Shown: positions 8,973 through 19,819, counted from the first letter of the stretch. The stretch is DNA of 64,000 nt from an uncultured Spirochaetota bacterium (GCA_963768055.1 CAVYGN010000002.1:1088001-1152000); one strand, 5' to 3'. A program made the numbers and translations. The notes: generated by a model from the letters alone, not told the origin.

Positions 8973-10424
8973 TTATCTCAGCCTGACCAGTACTTCGTTT
9001 TCATCTCCGATTATCTGCGGCGTCTGTTCGAATGCCCGGATTATATTCGCGCGTTCGGGGACCGTCTTATCCAGGTATTCCCTCATCTCGGCCAGGGTGA
9101 TATTTTTATCCCCCCTTTTATCAGCATATCCGCTTAAGCCCTTCAGGAAATAGTAGGTGAAAAGCCCATGGCCCATCTGGGGATACCATACCGAGTAATC
9201 GGAACCAGAAGTCGCAGCGTAGATCGATCCTATGTTTTCCGAGATCAGGGGATTATCCACTACCATATTGACCGGTGAAATATTCTCCACCAGCCTGCCG
9301 CCGCCCGATTCGCCGCTGAAGCAGGATTCCAGGATCACGACTGCATGTTTAACTCCGATATCCTTGAGTCTTGCGATATTGGCGTATAAGAGCCTAAGGG
9401 GATATGCGGTTTGTTCCACATAATCCTTATTCATATCCACCGGAGCTATATATCCCTTGTGGTCCTTCAGCCCGGGTATCCCATGGCCGCTGTAGTAAAT
9501 ATAGACCCTGGTGGGTTTGTAAAGCTGGACGGTCCTGTAAATTGTAGCACTTGACGGCTCATTTTCAGTTCCGAAAAGCCCGAACGTATCGGCAAGGGTT
9601 ATATTTTCCTTGATAACAATATGCTCTGCGGGGATCCTGAAAGTAGTCTCAAAATAAAGTTTCATCACTCTCGCGTCCTGGAGCGCGTAATCCACTGCCG
9701 GAATGCCGTTCCTGTAGTCGCGGTTTCCTACCACCACGGCAATAGCGTTATTTTGGTCCGAATACCCTTTCGGTATCTTTGTGTCCACATCCACGCTGAG
9801 ATTGGGTTTGTTTACCATTTTCGTATCGTTGTGTAATGTGGAGTTGTCGCTTGTATTTTTGTTCTCATCCTGGATCTGTTGCGCATTCATTAATAAATTT
9901 TGTATCCCCGGATTTTTACCTATGACAGCATAAGTTAAAGCCGTACTGCCCGTATAATCCTTTATGTTGACATCGGCCTTAGCATTTATCAATGCTAAAG
10001 TTATGGCCAGGTCCCCATTTTTAACAGCTAAAATCAAAGCAGTCTGGCCTTCATGATCTATCGTGTTGATTTCGGCCCCAGCCTTGATCAAAACCAATAC
10101 TGGGTTTATGTACCCTTTGTCGGCTGCATGCATCAAAGCCGTCCAGACGTTTTTATCCACTGCATTAATATCGGCACCGTTATCGATCAATGCTTTAATC
10201 CCTTCTGTTTTGTCCGAGCTATCTGCAGCCTCTATCAAAGCTGTATAATCCTCAGGTCCATAATGCTTGTTGATATCACCCTTATAATTTTTAATATACT
10301 CGATATTGCCTCTGACTGCTGCATATCCTAAAGAATCTCTAGTCAACATATTATAAAGGCCGCATGAGGTACTTAGCGTGAGAGCCGGGATTGCTAGCAG
10401 GATAAAAATAAATAGTTTTTTCAT
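8973..10424 (-). CDS. Lipoprotein: ankyrin repeats + caspase-like domain, copy 1
   Basis: Start re-placed to MKKLFIF (SD AAGGAGG, matches the paralogues); LSTSC; YYSGHG / ESCFSG. Confidence 0.9.
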   Translation of the reverse strand: MKKLFIFILLAIPALTLSTSCGLYNMLTRDSLGYAAVRGNIEYIKNYKGDINKHYGPEDYTALIEAADSSDKTEGIKALIDNGADINAVDKNVWTALMHAADKGYINPVLVLIKAGAEINTIDHEGQTALILAVKNGDLAITLALINAKADVNIKDYTGSTALTYAVIGKNPGIQNLLMNAQQIQDENKNTSDNSTLHNDTKMVNKPNLSVDVDTKIPKGYSDQNNAIAVVVGNRDYRNGIPAVDYALQDARVMKLYFETTFRIPAEHIVIKENITLADTFGLFGTENEPSSATIYRTVQLYKPTRVYIYYSGHGIPGLKDHKGYIAPVDMNKDYVEQTAYPLRLLYANIARLKDIGVKHAVVILESCFSGESGGGRLVENISPVNMVVDNPLISENIGSIYAATSGSDYSVWYPQMGHGLFTYYFLKGLSGYADKRGDKNITLAEMREYLDKTVPERANIIRAFEQTPQIIGDENEVLVRLR

Positions 10425-10600
10425 AAGACAATCCTCCTTTTTGAAAAAAGATTGAGGACATAATCTAATAAGTTTATCACGTTTCCGGATAACTTTCAAA
10501 TCGATTTTGCAGTACCAGCCGAACGGAATAAAAAATTGTCTTTTTTTTATCCTGCACTTTAGAATATGATCGGTTTAAAATCATATGAAAGGGTAGAATA

Positions 10601-11908
10601 ATGATCGAACGCATGAAATTCGAGGGCACGGCCGAACTAAGGATAGGTGACAGCACATACAACATCCCTGTTTACGAGGGGCCGAAAAAGGAAAAGACTC
10701 TGGTCATTACAGACCTCAGGAAAGAGTCGGGTTATATCTCTTACGATCCCGGCCTCGGCAATACGGGCATAACTACGAGCGATATTACTTTTGTCGACGG
10801 CGAGAAGGGAAAGCTCAGCCACAGGGGATACCCTATAGAGGAACTTGCTGAAAACTGCTCCTTTCTCGAGGTGGCGTATCTCCTGATATTCGGCAAGCTT
10901 CCCAATATCGAGGAAAGGAAGCATTTTTCACAGCTGATGAACCTGCACTCTCTTATTCATGAGGATATGCAGAGGTTTTTTCAGAATTATCCCGAAAGGG
11001 CCCATCCGATGGCCGTTCTTTCGGCAATGGTCGTTTCTCTTTCGACGTTTTATCCCGAGCTTGAAAAGGAAAACGATGGGGAAGCGATCGACATAACCGT
11101 AACCAGGCTTTTGTCTAAAATGAGGACTATCGCCGCGTTTTCATACAAGAAATCGATCGGCGAACCCTTTGTCAATCCGAGTTATAAATACAGCTACTGT
11201 GAAAATTTCCTGAATATGATGTTTTCGTCCCCTGTCAAGGCTTATAAACTCGACGAAGTCACGGAGCATGTGCTGAATATGTTCCTGATCCTGCATGCCG
11301 ATCATGAACAGAACTGTTCGACAACGGTTGTCCGGACAGTAGGCAGTTCGGGCGCCAACCTATACGCGTCTATCGCAGCCGGTATTTGCGCCCTCTGGGG
11401 TCCTCTCCATGGGGGGGCCAACCAGGAAGTGATCGAAATGCTTGAAAATATTTACAAGGGCGGGCTAAAACCCGATCAGGTGATAGAACAGGCCAAGCGT
11501 CGCGATTCGAAGGTAAGGCTCATGGGTTTCGGGCACAGGATCTATAAAACTTACGATCCGCGGGCTAAAATAGCGAAAGCGGCCTGCCGGAAATACCTTG
11601 ATTATTTGGGCATGAAGCATGACCCGCTGCTTGAAATAGCTATGGAGCTTGAAGAAAAAGCCCTTAACGACTCGTATTTCCAGGAAAAGTATTTATATCC
11701 TAATGTCGACTATTACACGGGCATTGTATACAGGGCGATGGGCATTCCGATCAATATGTTTACAGTTATGTTCGCCATCGGACGCCTTCCCGGATGGATT
11801 GCACACTGGCTTGAGATGAAAGCAGATCCCGAACAGAAACTGATGCGCCCGCGCCAGATTTATACCGGCGAAGACGACAGGCCGTTTGTTACTGTAAAGG
11901 AAAGATGA
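10601..11908 (+). CDS. gltA: Citrate synthase
   Basis: LHADHEQNCST, LWGPLHGGANQ, LMGFGHRIYK, YPNVDYY. Confidence 0.97.
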   Translation: MIERMKFEGTAELRIGDSTYNIPVYEGPKKEKTLVITDLRKESGYISYDPGLGNTGITTSDITFVDGEKGKLSHRGYPIEELAENCSFLEVAYLLIFGKLPNIEERKHFSQLMNLHSLIHEDMQRFFQNYPERAHPMAVLSAMVVSLSTFYPELEKENDGEAIDITVTRLLSKMRTIAAFSYKKSIGEPFVNPSYKYSYCENFLNMMFSSPVKAYKLDEVTEHVLNMFLILHADHEQNCSTTVVRTVGSSGANLYASIAAGICALWGPLHGGANQEVIEMLENIYKGGLKPDQVIEQAKRRDSKVRLMGFGHRIYKTYDPRAKIAKAACRKYLDYLGMKHDPLLEIAMELEEKALNDSYFQEKYLYPNVDYYTGIVYRAMGIPINMFTVMFAIGRLPGWIAHWLEMKADPEQKLMRPRQIYTGEDDRPFVTVKER

Positions 11909-11909
11909 A

Positions 11910-13670
11910 CTAATTCAGCCCTAATGAGTTAAGGAATGATCCCTTTAACTTTTCATGGGCGGCGTTTACACGTTCCATCAGGCCGCTGACATTTTCATTT
12001 CCCGATGATATCTTTCCAAAGGTGGTAAAATAAAATTTTATTTTCGGTTCCGTCCCTGAAGGCCGGCTGACGACCTTTGCGTTATCCGACAGCTTTAAAA
12101 TAACGACATCGGATTTCGGGAGCTCCCATTTCGGAATGGATTTTCCCGACTTTATGTTCATGGCCGTTCCGTTCAGAAGATCTATCATTTCAAGCACTTC
12201 ATAAGCCCCTATTTTTTTCGGTGATTCGCTCCTGAGTTTTTCCATCAGCGAATTTATCTGCCGGGCCCCGTCCTGCCCCTTGAGCGTAACGGATTTCTGG
12301 GATTCCCGGTAAAAACCGAACCTGGCGTAGATATCTTCAAGCACCTGGTAAGCGGAGATCCCTTTCGAATAATAATAAGCGACGAGTTCGGCAAAGAGGG
12401 ACCCGGAAATAACGGCGTCCTTGTCCCTGACGAATGTACCGGCGGAATACCCATGACTTTCCTCGCCTCCGAAAACATAGTTATAGCCGCTCTTTTCATA
12501 TTCCTTTAATTTGGCGCCTATCCATTTAAACCCCGTGAGGACCTCGTCTGTTTCTACGCCGTAAGCCCCGGCAATAGCCGATAGGGTGTCAGTAGTGACG
12601 ATGGTTTTGATAATCCTGGGGTTGGACGGCATTTTACCCGTCTCTTCGAGCTGGGAAATGATATAAAAAGCCAGGAGCGTGGCGATCTGATTTCCGTTTA
12701 GCAGCACATAATCATGCCCGCCTTTCTTCAGCATGGCGCCCAGGCGGTCGGCGTCCGGGTCGGTAGCTATGAAAACATCGGCCCCAGACGATTGGGCGTA
12801 TTTCATCCCTACTTCCATTGCAGCCGGTTCTTCAGGATTTGGGTAGGGAGCGGTAGGAAAAGTGCCGTCCGGTTTAGCCTGTTCTTCCACTATTTGAATG
12901 TTTGTAAATCCGAAATTTTTAAGGCTTTCAGGGACCAGCCTGTAGCCCGTACCGTAAAGTGGTGAGTAACATATTTTGACATTACAGGAAGAAATGATTT
13001 CAGGGTGGATGGAAAGGGATTTTATCTTTTCCAGATAGAAACTGTCCACAAGGCCGTCAGCCTTTGTAAAAAGAGCGCTTTTCCGGACATCTTCAACAGG
13101 CATAGTCTTGACCTGTTTAAGGGATGTAATTCTACGTACTTCCGATATTATTTCCGAATCATAAGGCGGGGTTATCTGGGCGCCGTCTTCCCAGACAACC
13201 TTGTAGCCGTTGTACTCCTTCGGATTATGCGAAGCGGTGATCATGACCCCTGAAATAGCGTTTAAATGACGGACCCCGAAAGAAACGGAAGGAGTAGGGT
13301 GAATGTCTTCAAAATAATATACCTTGATACCGTTAGCTATTAAAACCGATGCGGTCTCCAGGGCGAAAGAATCCGACATTAACCTCGAATCCCTTCCTAT
13401 CAGGACGCCGCGGTTTCCCGATCCTTTTTTAAGAATGTAATTGGAAAGCCCTTGCGTAGCTTTTCTGACTACGTATATATTCATCCGGTTTGAGCCTGCC
13501 CCGAGCGTCCCGCGGAGCCCGGCGGTCCCGAATTCAAGCTCGGTATAAAACCTGTCTGTCAGTTCTTTTTCGTCATTTTTATCGACGAGGCTGGAAATTT
13601 CCCTGCGGGTCTGTTCATCGTAATCCGGGCCTGTCCATTCGTTTATCCGCTGAGTAATAATTGCATCCAT
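11910..13670 (-). CDS. pgm: Phosphoglucomutase/phosphomannomutase
   Basis: FGTAGLRG, TASHNP, TDPDADR, GEESHG, RPSGTEPKIK. Confidence 0.93.
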   Translation of the reverse strand: MDAIITQRINEWTGPDYDEQTRREISSLVDKNDEKELTDRFYTELEFGTAGLRGTLGAGSNRMNIYVVRKATQGLSNYILKKGSGNRGVLIGRDSRLMSDSFALETASVLIANGIKVYYFEDIHPTPSVSFGVRHLNAISGVMITASHNPKEYNGYKVVWEDGAQITPPYDSEIISEVRRITSLKQVKTMPVEDVRKSALFTKADGLVDSFYLEKIKSLSIHPEIISSCNVKICYSPLYGTGYRLVPESLKNFGFTNIQIVEEQAKPDGTFPTAPYPNPEEPAAMEVGMKYAQSSGADVFIATDPDADRLGAMLKKGGHDYVLLNGNQIATLLAFYIISQLEETGKMPSNPRIIKTIVTTDTLSAIAGAYGVETDEVLTGFKWIGAKLKEYEKSGYNYVFGGEESHGYSAGTFVRDKDAVISGSLFAELVAYYYSKGISAYQVLEDIYARFGFYRESQKSVTLKGQDGARQINSLMEKLRSESPKKIGAYEVLEMIDLLNGTAMNIKSGKSIPKWELPKSDVVILKLSDNAKVVSRPSGTEPKIKFYFTTFGKISSGNENVSGLMERVNAAHEKLKGSFLNSLGLN

Positions 13671-13691
13671 GATACCCTCCTTAGGATTGTT

Positions 13692-14993
13692 TTACCTGAT
13701 AATAACCGTTAATTCCGCATTAGTATTCGTGCTCCCTGAAATTTCGAAAGATCCCGACATACCTCCCGATTGGATCTTATACGAACCTAAAAAGCCCCTG
13801 AAAACTGCATGTCCCTTAATATCGGTAGTTTCTTTAAGGGGTCCGGTCCGCCATTCCTCCCTGATCATTTTTCTAAGGACATTATAAGCGGGTTTGGGTG
13901 TCATATCTTTACGTAAAAGCCCTGACGGGGCCCCCATCCATACCCCTGTGCCGGAATTATAATAATCCGATAAATCCCACCAGGTAATAGCCTCGACAGA
14001 GGGAAGGGAAAAGAGGAGCCTGTATATTCTTTCAACCTGCTCGGCCTGGTATTTTTCTCCCTCGGGAGTGCTGTCCCATCCGGGGTGATAGCTGAACCAA
14101 TCGTCATCGGTTTTAAGATGTCCGGAAAGGATCGTCATCTCTGTAAAATGGATGGGAATGTTATATCGGCTTAATCTATCGACTATATCAAGGATCTGGC
14201 TGTCCGGCCATGCACCTTTATGCATATGGGATTGTATGCCTATCGCGTCGGGAGGGAAGCCCAATTCTTTAAGCACATTGATTTCCGCTGCGTACACCTG
14301 AGTAGTATTATAATCGTTAATAAGCAGCATAGCCCCGGGATTGGCATCGCGGGCCCATGAAAAGGCCCTTCGGGCGGCTTCGACCGGGCCGATCTCCTTT
14401 TCCCATCTGCCTACGCAGTTTTCCTGTTTGGGACCGTCCAGGCTTTCGTTTATAACATCGAAACTATCGATAAGGCCTTTATATTTTCCGACAATATCGG
14501 CGACCCGCTTTTCCAGGATAGAATCCGTTTGCGTAATGTCATAATCGGCCCATACCGGCAGAACATAATGCCAGATCAGGGGGTGTCCCTTCGTGCGGAT
14601 TCCATTTGTGCGGCACCAGAGGGCGATATTAGAAATCATGGCGTCGTCTTTTCTATCCTTTACATATTCATAACTTCCCCAGTAAAAAGGGAGGGTCGCG
14701 TAATTAAAAAGACCCGCAAAATAATCCCTGTATAACTTTTGCTTTTCCGGATTGTCCGGCAGTGATCCCCAGAGAAAGATATTGCATCCGAATAGAAATT
14801 TCTGGCTTGTCTGTTCAATCATAACTTCCGCTGAGGAAATTGCAGTGCCGTCTTCATCTTTAACTGTCAGGGTTACAACTTGTGTCCTGTATTTGAGGAT
14901 CCTCCGGTCAATTTCCTCTTTCGAGTCAGGGAAGATTATATTGAAGGATGTAAAAAAGACAAGAACAGATAGAATCGAGTGAAATTTAAGCAT
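13692..14993 (-). CDS. GH10 family glycoside hydrolase (endo-1,4-beta-xylanase-like), exported
   Basis: KGHPLIWH, DVINE (acid/base), IGIQSH, HFTE (nucleophile), PKPAY; start re-placed at MLKF with SD GGAGGA. Confidence 0.88.
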   Translation of the reverse strand: MLKFHSILSVLVFFTSFNIIFPDSKEEIDRRILKYRTQVVTLTVKDEDGTAISSAEVMIEQTSQKFLFGCNIFLWGSLPDNPEKQKLYRDYFAGLFNYATLPFYWGSYEYVKDRKDDAMISNIALWCRTNGIRTKGHPLIWHYVLPVWADYDITQTDSILEKRVADIVGKYKGLIDSFDVINESLDGPKQENCVGRWEKEIGPVEAARRAFSWARDANPGAMLLINDYNTTQVYAAEINVLKELGFPPDAIGIQSHMHKGAWPDSQILDIVDRLSRYNIPIHFTEMTILSGHLKTDDDWFSYHPGWDSTPEGEKYQAEQVERIYRLLFSLPSVEAITWWDLSDYYNSGTGVWMGAPSGLLRKDMTPKPAYNVLRKMIREEWRTGPLKETTDIKGHAVFRGFLGSYKIQSGGMSGSFEISGSTNTNAELTVIIR

Positions 14994-15018
14994 ATAATCC
15001 TCCGGATTATCATGACTT

Positions 15019-16239
15019 TCATTCCTTCCTGACAAGCAGCGCCAGCATTTCCGCATGCTGGGTTTGAGGGAACATATCTACGAGGTGCATTTCTTTTATT
15101 GAATAAATTTCTGTAAATTCTTTTATATCCCGGGCCATAGTAGAAGGCCTGCATGAAGAATAAATGATCTTACGCGGCCTCATTCTTTTCAGTACCGAGA
15201 CTGTCTCCGGGTCAAGCCCCTTTCTCGGGGGATCTATGATCATCACGTCGGCGTAACCTAATTCGGGGAGTTTTTCTTCTACTCCAGCCTTGATGAATTT
15301 AACATTGGATTTTATATCGTTCAAACTGCGATTGTATTCGGCGTCCTGCACTGAGCTTTTGGCGATCTCTATTCCGATCGTTTCACCGGCAAAAAAACTA
15401 ACGAAAAGTGTTATAAGACCTATTCCGCTGTAAAGGTCGTAGATTTTTTCATGACCGCCGGGATCAAGGAAGGATACGATCTTTTCGAGCCACAAAGGTA
15501 TTATAGAATTGTTTACCTGGAAAAAACTGTCCTTCGATATTTTAAAGGTAATGTCCATGCCGGCGGCGCTGACCGTCTCAAAAACTTCCCTATCCTGGTA
15601 ATTTTCCGTCTTTACCCAATGAACGGAAATATCCCCTTTTCCAGTCGCCCTGACCTTGAAATTGTGAGGAGGGAAAAACCTGCCGGATCTGATATCGGAA
15701 AGGGCCTTATTAATACCCGGCATAGCCAGCATGCATTCTTTTATGTCAACGATAAATTTGGTATCCTTCCTGAAAAATCCGATCAGATTTTTTCTTGGGT
15801 TGACCTTGAAAGTTTCAGTATTCCTATAAAAAAAGGGATTGGGGCTTTTTATTATACCGGTCAATTCGGTTATGGGAAGCCCACCTATCCGCCGGAAAAC
15901 CTCAAGGGATAAAAGCCGTTTAACTTCAACCTGTTTTTCATAATCCAGCATCTGGTAATCGCAGCCGCCGCAAAGCCCGAAATAGGGGCAGGGGGCGTTT
16001 ATTCTATCCGGGGAGGGCGATAAAATCTCGAGCGGTTCTGCAACGGCATAGTCCGAAGTTTCCTTATAAATATTTGCGCGGACTTTTTCACCCGGGATCG
16101 AATACCTGACAAAGATTACTTTTCCATTGTCATAACCGATCGAACTGCCCTCTGAAGCGTATTTATCAATTACAAGTTCGACTTCCCGTTTTACAGGTTT
16201 TATTTTTCTAGGTTTGAAGGAAGTAATTTCAGCTTGCAT
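15019..16239 (-). CDS. rlmD: TRAM-domain 23S rRNA (uracil-5)-methyltransferase RlmD-like
   Basis: TRAM N-terminus, CPYFGLCGGC Fe-S motif, SFFQVN, DPPRKG, DMFPQT. Confidence 0.88.
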   Translation of the reverse strand: MQAEITSFKPRKIKPVKREVELVIDKYASEGSSIGYDNGKVIFVRYSIPGEKVRANIYKETSDYAVAEPLEILSPSPDRINAPCPYFGLCGGCDYQMLDYEKQVEVKRLLSLEVFRRIGGLPITELTGIIKSPNPFFYRNTETFKVNPRKNLIGFFRKDTKFIVDIKECMLAMPGINKALSDIRSGRFFPPHNFKVRATGKGDISVHWVKTENYQDREVFETVSAAGMDITFKISKDSFFQVNNSIIPLWLEKIVSFLDPGGHEKIYDLYSGIGLITLFVSFFAGETIGIEIAKSSVQDAEYNRSLNDIKSNVKFIKAGVEEKLPELGYADVMIIDPPRKGLDPETVSVLKRMRPRKIIYSSCRPSTMARDIKEFTEIYSIKEMHLVDMFPQTQHAEMLALLVRKE

Positions 16240-17479
16240 TTTTATACCTTATCCTTTTTTTATCTTTTTTTGTCCTGGGATAAATCCTTATCTGTTTGAT
16301 TCTTACACTTGTGGCTGAGAATACTTCGAAAACAAACTTTCCAACATCCAGGCTATCACCCGTGATCGGTATCTTTTCAAGCTCATGCAGCATAAACCCT
16401 GCCGCCGTTTCAAAATCTATTTTTTTGATTTTCAGATTAAGCAATTCATTAATGTCATCTATATTTACCATTCCGTTAATGATATACGAGTCCCCTTCTT
16501 TTTTTATCCAATCACCTTTAATCTCGACGAATTCACCGATAATTTCAGTTATAATGTCCCTGTTGGATATAGCCCCTATAACTCCGCCGTATTCGTCCAC
16601 AACGAAAACTATCTGTGCTTTAGCGTTCTGCATTCCGACAAGGACCCTGTTTATAGGGGCGCTCTCCGGCACGATAATCCCTTCCCTGACATAGCTTCCG
16701 ACCCTGTCATGCTTGCCGGCGGAAAGGAGATCCTTGTTCTCAATATAACCCAGCATATTATCTACACGAATCCTGAAAACGGGCAGACGGGTATGCCCTG
16801 TCGAGAGCATAAGAGCGGAAGCTATTTCAACGGTATCGTTCTCTTCGACACAGGTCATGCGGATGAGGGGCACCATTATTTCTCTTGCTTTTATATTCCT
16901 GAATTTCATTATACTTTCAATGATTTCCTTTTCGCTTTGCTTGAGGATTCCCTTTTCTGTAGTCATATCGATTAGAATGCCGAACTCGTCCTTTGAAAAC
17001 ATTGTTTTTTTCTTTTTAAGGCCAAGTATTGAAAGAAGGAATTTAATTGTTCTGACAAATATTATCTGGAAAGGGTAAAGTATTATATAAACAGCCAGAT
17101 AAAAATAAGACAGCCCGAACATTATCTCGTCGGCGAATTCCCTGAAAAGGATTTTCGGTAAAAGGGTGGCAAATACGGCTATCAGGGGAGTAAGGATCAA
17201 AGTCGAATAAAGCGGGACGAGGGGCCCGAAACCGATGGCTTTTCCGAGGTAATCGTTAAAAATCAATACGACAGCGACATCGCTTATGTTTACACCGATC
17301 AAAAATCCGCCGATTACGCTTTCAGAGTTTTTAATCAGGCTTGTGAGGATTTTAGCGCTATTCAAGCCGTTTTCCAGGCGCGAATGCAGTTTGATCTTGT
17401 TTATTGAAATAAAAGCCGTTTCGCTGCCGTTAAAAAAAGCGGATAAAAGTAGAAATCCGATTGCAGTAAAAAGTTCCAT
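16229..17479 (-). CDS. CNNM/CBS/CorC hemolysin-family transporter
   Basis: SAFFNGSETA, CBS pair, VDEYGG, FETAAG. Confidence 0.9.
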   Translation of the reverse strand: MELFTAIGFLLLSAFFNGSETAFISINKIKLHSRLENGLNSAKILTSLIKNSESVIGGFLIGVNISDVAVVLIFNDYLGKAIGFGPLVPLYSTLILTPLIAVFATLLPKILFREFADEIMFGLSYFYLAVYIILYPFQIIFVRTIKFLLSILGLKKKKTMFSKDEFGILIDMTTEKGILKQSEKEIIESIMKFRNIKAREIMVPLIRMTCVEENDTVEIASALMLSTGHTRLPVFRIRVDNMLGYIENKDLLSAGKHDRVGSYVREGIIVPESAPINRVLVGMQNAKAQIVFVVDEYGGVIGAISNRDIITEIIGEFVEIKGDWIKKEGDSYIINGMVNIDDINELLNLKIKKIDFETAAGFMLHELEKIPITGDSLDVGKFVFEVFSATSVRIKQIRIYPRTKKDKKRIRYKNAS

Positions 17480-17488
17480 TTCTTTTCC

Positions 17489-18721
17489 TTACTTTTTTTC
17501 TACCATTAAGAGTTCCAGGGTCTTTTCACTCTTTTCTCTAACGCTGATCACATAACCGTCGGTTTCCATAGAATAGCCGGTGCCTGGAATATCTCCGGCT
17601 GTTTCTATTATGTATCCGGCAAGAGTTTCGTAGTCCATGCTTTTCAAATCAGTCTGGAAATAATCATTGAAATCAGCCAGGCTCAATTCTCCGCTGACAA
17701 GATACCGGTCCTTTGACAACCGGATAATTTTTTTATCAACCGTGAAACTTTCATCCATAAGTTCACCGACGATCTCTCCGAGCACGTCGGCTATGGTTAC
17801 GATCCCGAGGGAACTACCGTATTCGTCGATAACTGCCGCTATCCTTATTTTCTTCTTTCTAAAATCGTCGAGCATATCGGAAAGTTTTTTTGTTTCAGGA
17901 ACAAAATAAATACCTTCCATTATATCTTCCGCTTTTTTTTCTTCGATTTTTTCGGGATAGAGAAAGTAATGAAATATTTCTTTCATATAGATCATGCCTA
18001 CAAGATTATCGTCAGTCCGGTCATAAACGGGGATCTTTGACATTTTCATTCTCTTAGCCTGGCGGATCACATCCTTCAGCAAAGCATTTTTTTCGACGGA
18101 AAATACCTTGGTCCGGGGCGTCATTATATTCCATACTTCCCTTTCCGTAAAATGGACTATATTTTCAATTAATACCTTTTCGTCCTTATTAAAAATATCC
18201 TCGCGGGATACTATAGAAAGTATAGCTGTTAACCTTTCTTTACCCGGTTCCCTGCTGTCTTTTTGGTGGACCTTTTTCAAATAATTAACAAAATTCTCGG
18301 TCATAATGTTGATTAAACTCGAAACCGGTTTGAAAAGAATATAAAGGGGGTATAAAAGCTTTGAATTGAAAGCCGCCGTACGTTCTTCCCGTATAATTGC
18401 TATTGTTTTCGGGCTTATATCGCCGATAAAAAGAATTATAAGGGTCACCGCGATTGTTGAATAAATGATGTTTCCGATGGATAATTGCCGTTCGAGGAGA
18501 GCCGCGGCAGCCGCGTTGACGGCAGTATTGCCTGCCAGAATGGTAATAAGCAGTATTGAGGTGTTCTCGAGAAGGATTTTTATCCTTCTCCTGTCCTTTT
18601 TAAGACGAATATTTTTTAATTTCATTTCATCCAGCGAGAAAAGCGCTGTTTCAGATGATGAAAAGAAAGCTGAAAACAAAAGAAGAATGATAATAATAAT
18701 AAAGTACAGCCAATTGGCCAT
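17489..18721 (-). CDS. CNNM/CBS/CorC hemolysin-family transporter
   Basis: SAFFSSSETALFSL, IMTPR, IDEYG, YETLAG. Confidence 0.9.
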   Translation of the reverse strand: MANWLYFIIIIILLLFSAFFSSSETALFSLDEMKLKNIRLKKDRRRIKILLENTSILLITILAGNTAVNAAAAALLERQLSIGNIIYSTIAVTLIILFIGDISPKTIAIIREERTAAFNSKLLYPLYILFKPVSSLINIMTENFVNYLKKVHQKDSREPGKERLTAILSIVSREDIFNKDEKVLIENIVHFTEREVWNIMTPRTKVFSVEKNALLKDVIRQAKRMKMSKIPVYDRTDDNLVGMIYMKEIFHYFLYPEKIEEKKAEDIMEGIYFVPETKKLSDMLDDFRKKKIRIAAVIDEYGSSLGIVTIADVLGEIVGELMDESFTVDKKIIRLSKDRYLVSGELSLADFNDYFQTDLKSMDYETLAGYIIETAGDIPGTGYSMETDGYVISVREKSEKTLELLMVEKK

Positions 18722-19819
18722 TTATCGAGCCGCAGCCTTAATTGTATCGCTTATTAAAATCTGATCCTGCAGGGTCAGGTACGGATGCATAGGCAGGCTG
18801 AAAATTTCACCGGCTACCCTTTCTGAAACCGGGAAATCCCCCATTTTATAGCCAAGATATCTGTAAGCTTCCTGGAGGTGGATCGGTATAGGGTAGTGTA
18901 TAGCCGTTGGTATGCCCCTTGCTTTCAACTTTTCAATTACTTCCTGTCTGTTTTTAACCCTGATGGAATATTGGGCGAAAACATGCCTGCCTGTATACTT
19001 TTCAATAAAAGGGGTTATCGCGGGGCTGTCTTTAAGGAGTTCTGAATATTTTTTTCCGATCTCGAACCGTTTTCCGGCCTCGAATTCGAATCGGACGAAC
19101 TTTGCAAGGAGTACTGCGGCCTGAATTGTGTCGAGCCTGAAATTGAAACCTATGTATTTATGGGCGTATCTTTCGCCCTGGCCATGATCGGCCAGGCTTC
19201 TGATTTTTGCCGCAAGCTCCGGATCACCGGTGAAAACCATTCCCCCGTCTCCATAACATCCAAGGGGTTTCGAAGGATAAAATGACGTAGCTGCCGCATA
19301 GGATAAGGAACATGATTTCCGGCCCTTATATATGGCCCCGAATGATTGGGCGGCGTCCTCTATTACCAGAAGGCCATGCTTTTCAGCAATACGGTTGATT
19401 TCATCCATATCGGGGACCTGGCCGTAAAGCGATACGGGTATTATAGCCCTTGTCCTGCCGGTAATCAGGTTTTCTATCCGGCCGATGTCTATGTTATAAT
19501 TTCTTTCGTTAATATCGGCGAAAACCGGTTTCGCTCCGATGAAGGAAACAACTTCAGCGGATGCAATAAATGTAAAAGGGGTCGTTATCACTTCGTCACC
19601 CGGTTTGATGCCGCAGGCCAGCAGAGGCAGAAGAAGTGCGTCTGTCCCTGAGCCGCAGCCGACGGCATGTGAAGCGCCTGTGTAAGACGACAATTTTTCT
19701 TCGAGTTCTCTTATTTCCGCTCCATGGATGAAGATAGATTTTTTAAAAATTTCAGATAATCTTCTGTCGATGTCGTCCCTGATTTCACTGTACTGGCTTT
19801 TCAGGTCTATAAAATCCAT
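18722..19819 (-). CDS. DegT/DnrJ/EryC1/StrS nucleotide-sugar aminotransferase
   Basis: MDFIDLKSQY start, SGTDAL, IEDAAQS, SFYPSKPLGCYGDGG. Confidence 0.93.
   Translation of the reverse strand: MDFIDLKSQYSEIRDDIDRRLSEIFKKSIFIHGAEIRELEEKLSSYTGASHAVGCGSGTDALLLPLLACGIKPGDEVITTPFTFIASAEVVSFIGAKPVFADINERNYNIDIGRIENLITGRTRAIIPVSLYGQVPDMDEINRIAEKHGLLVIEDAAQSFGAIYKGRKSCSLSYAAATSFYPSKPLGCYGDGGMVFTGDPELAAKIRSLADHGQGERYAHKYIGFNFRLDTIQAAVLLAKFVRFEFEAGKRFEIGKKYSELLKDSPAITPFIEKYTGRHVFAQYSIRVKNRQEVIEKLKARGIPTAIHYPIPIHLQEAYRYLGYKMGDFPVSERVAGEIFSLPMHPYLTLQDQILISDTIKAAAR

Noticed and set aside
5765..10424. Diversity-generating retroelement TR/VR pairs
   Set aside because: The similarity is whole-gene paralogy, the differences are not adenine-specific, and there is no reverse transcriptase
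16229..18721. Tandem CNNM genes as a novel toxin locus
   Set aside because: Ordinary CorB/TlyC-type metal transport paralogues in a housekeeping run
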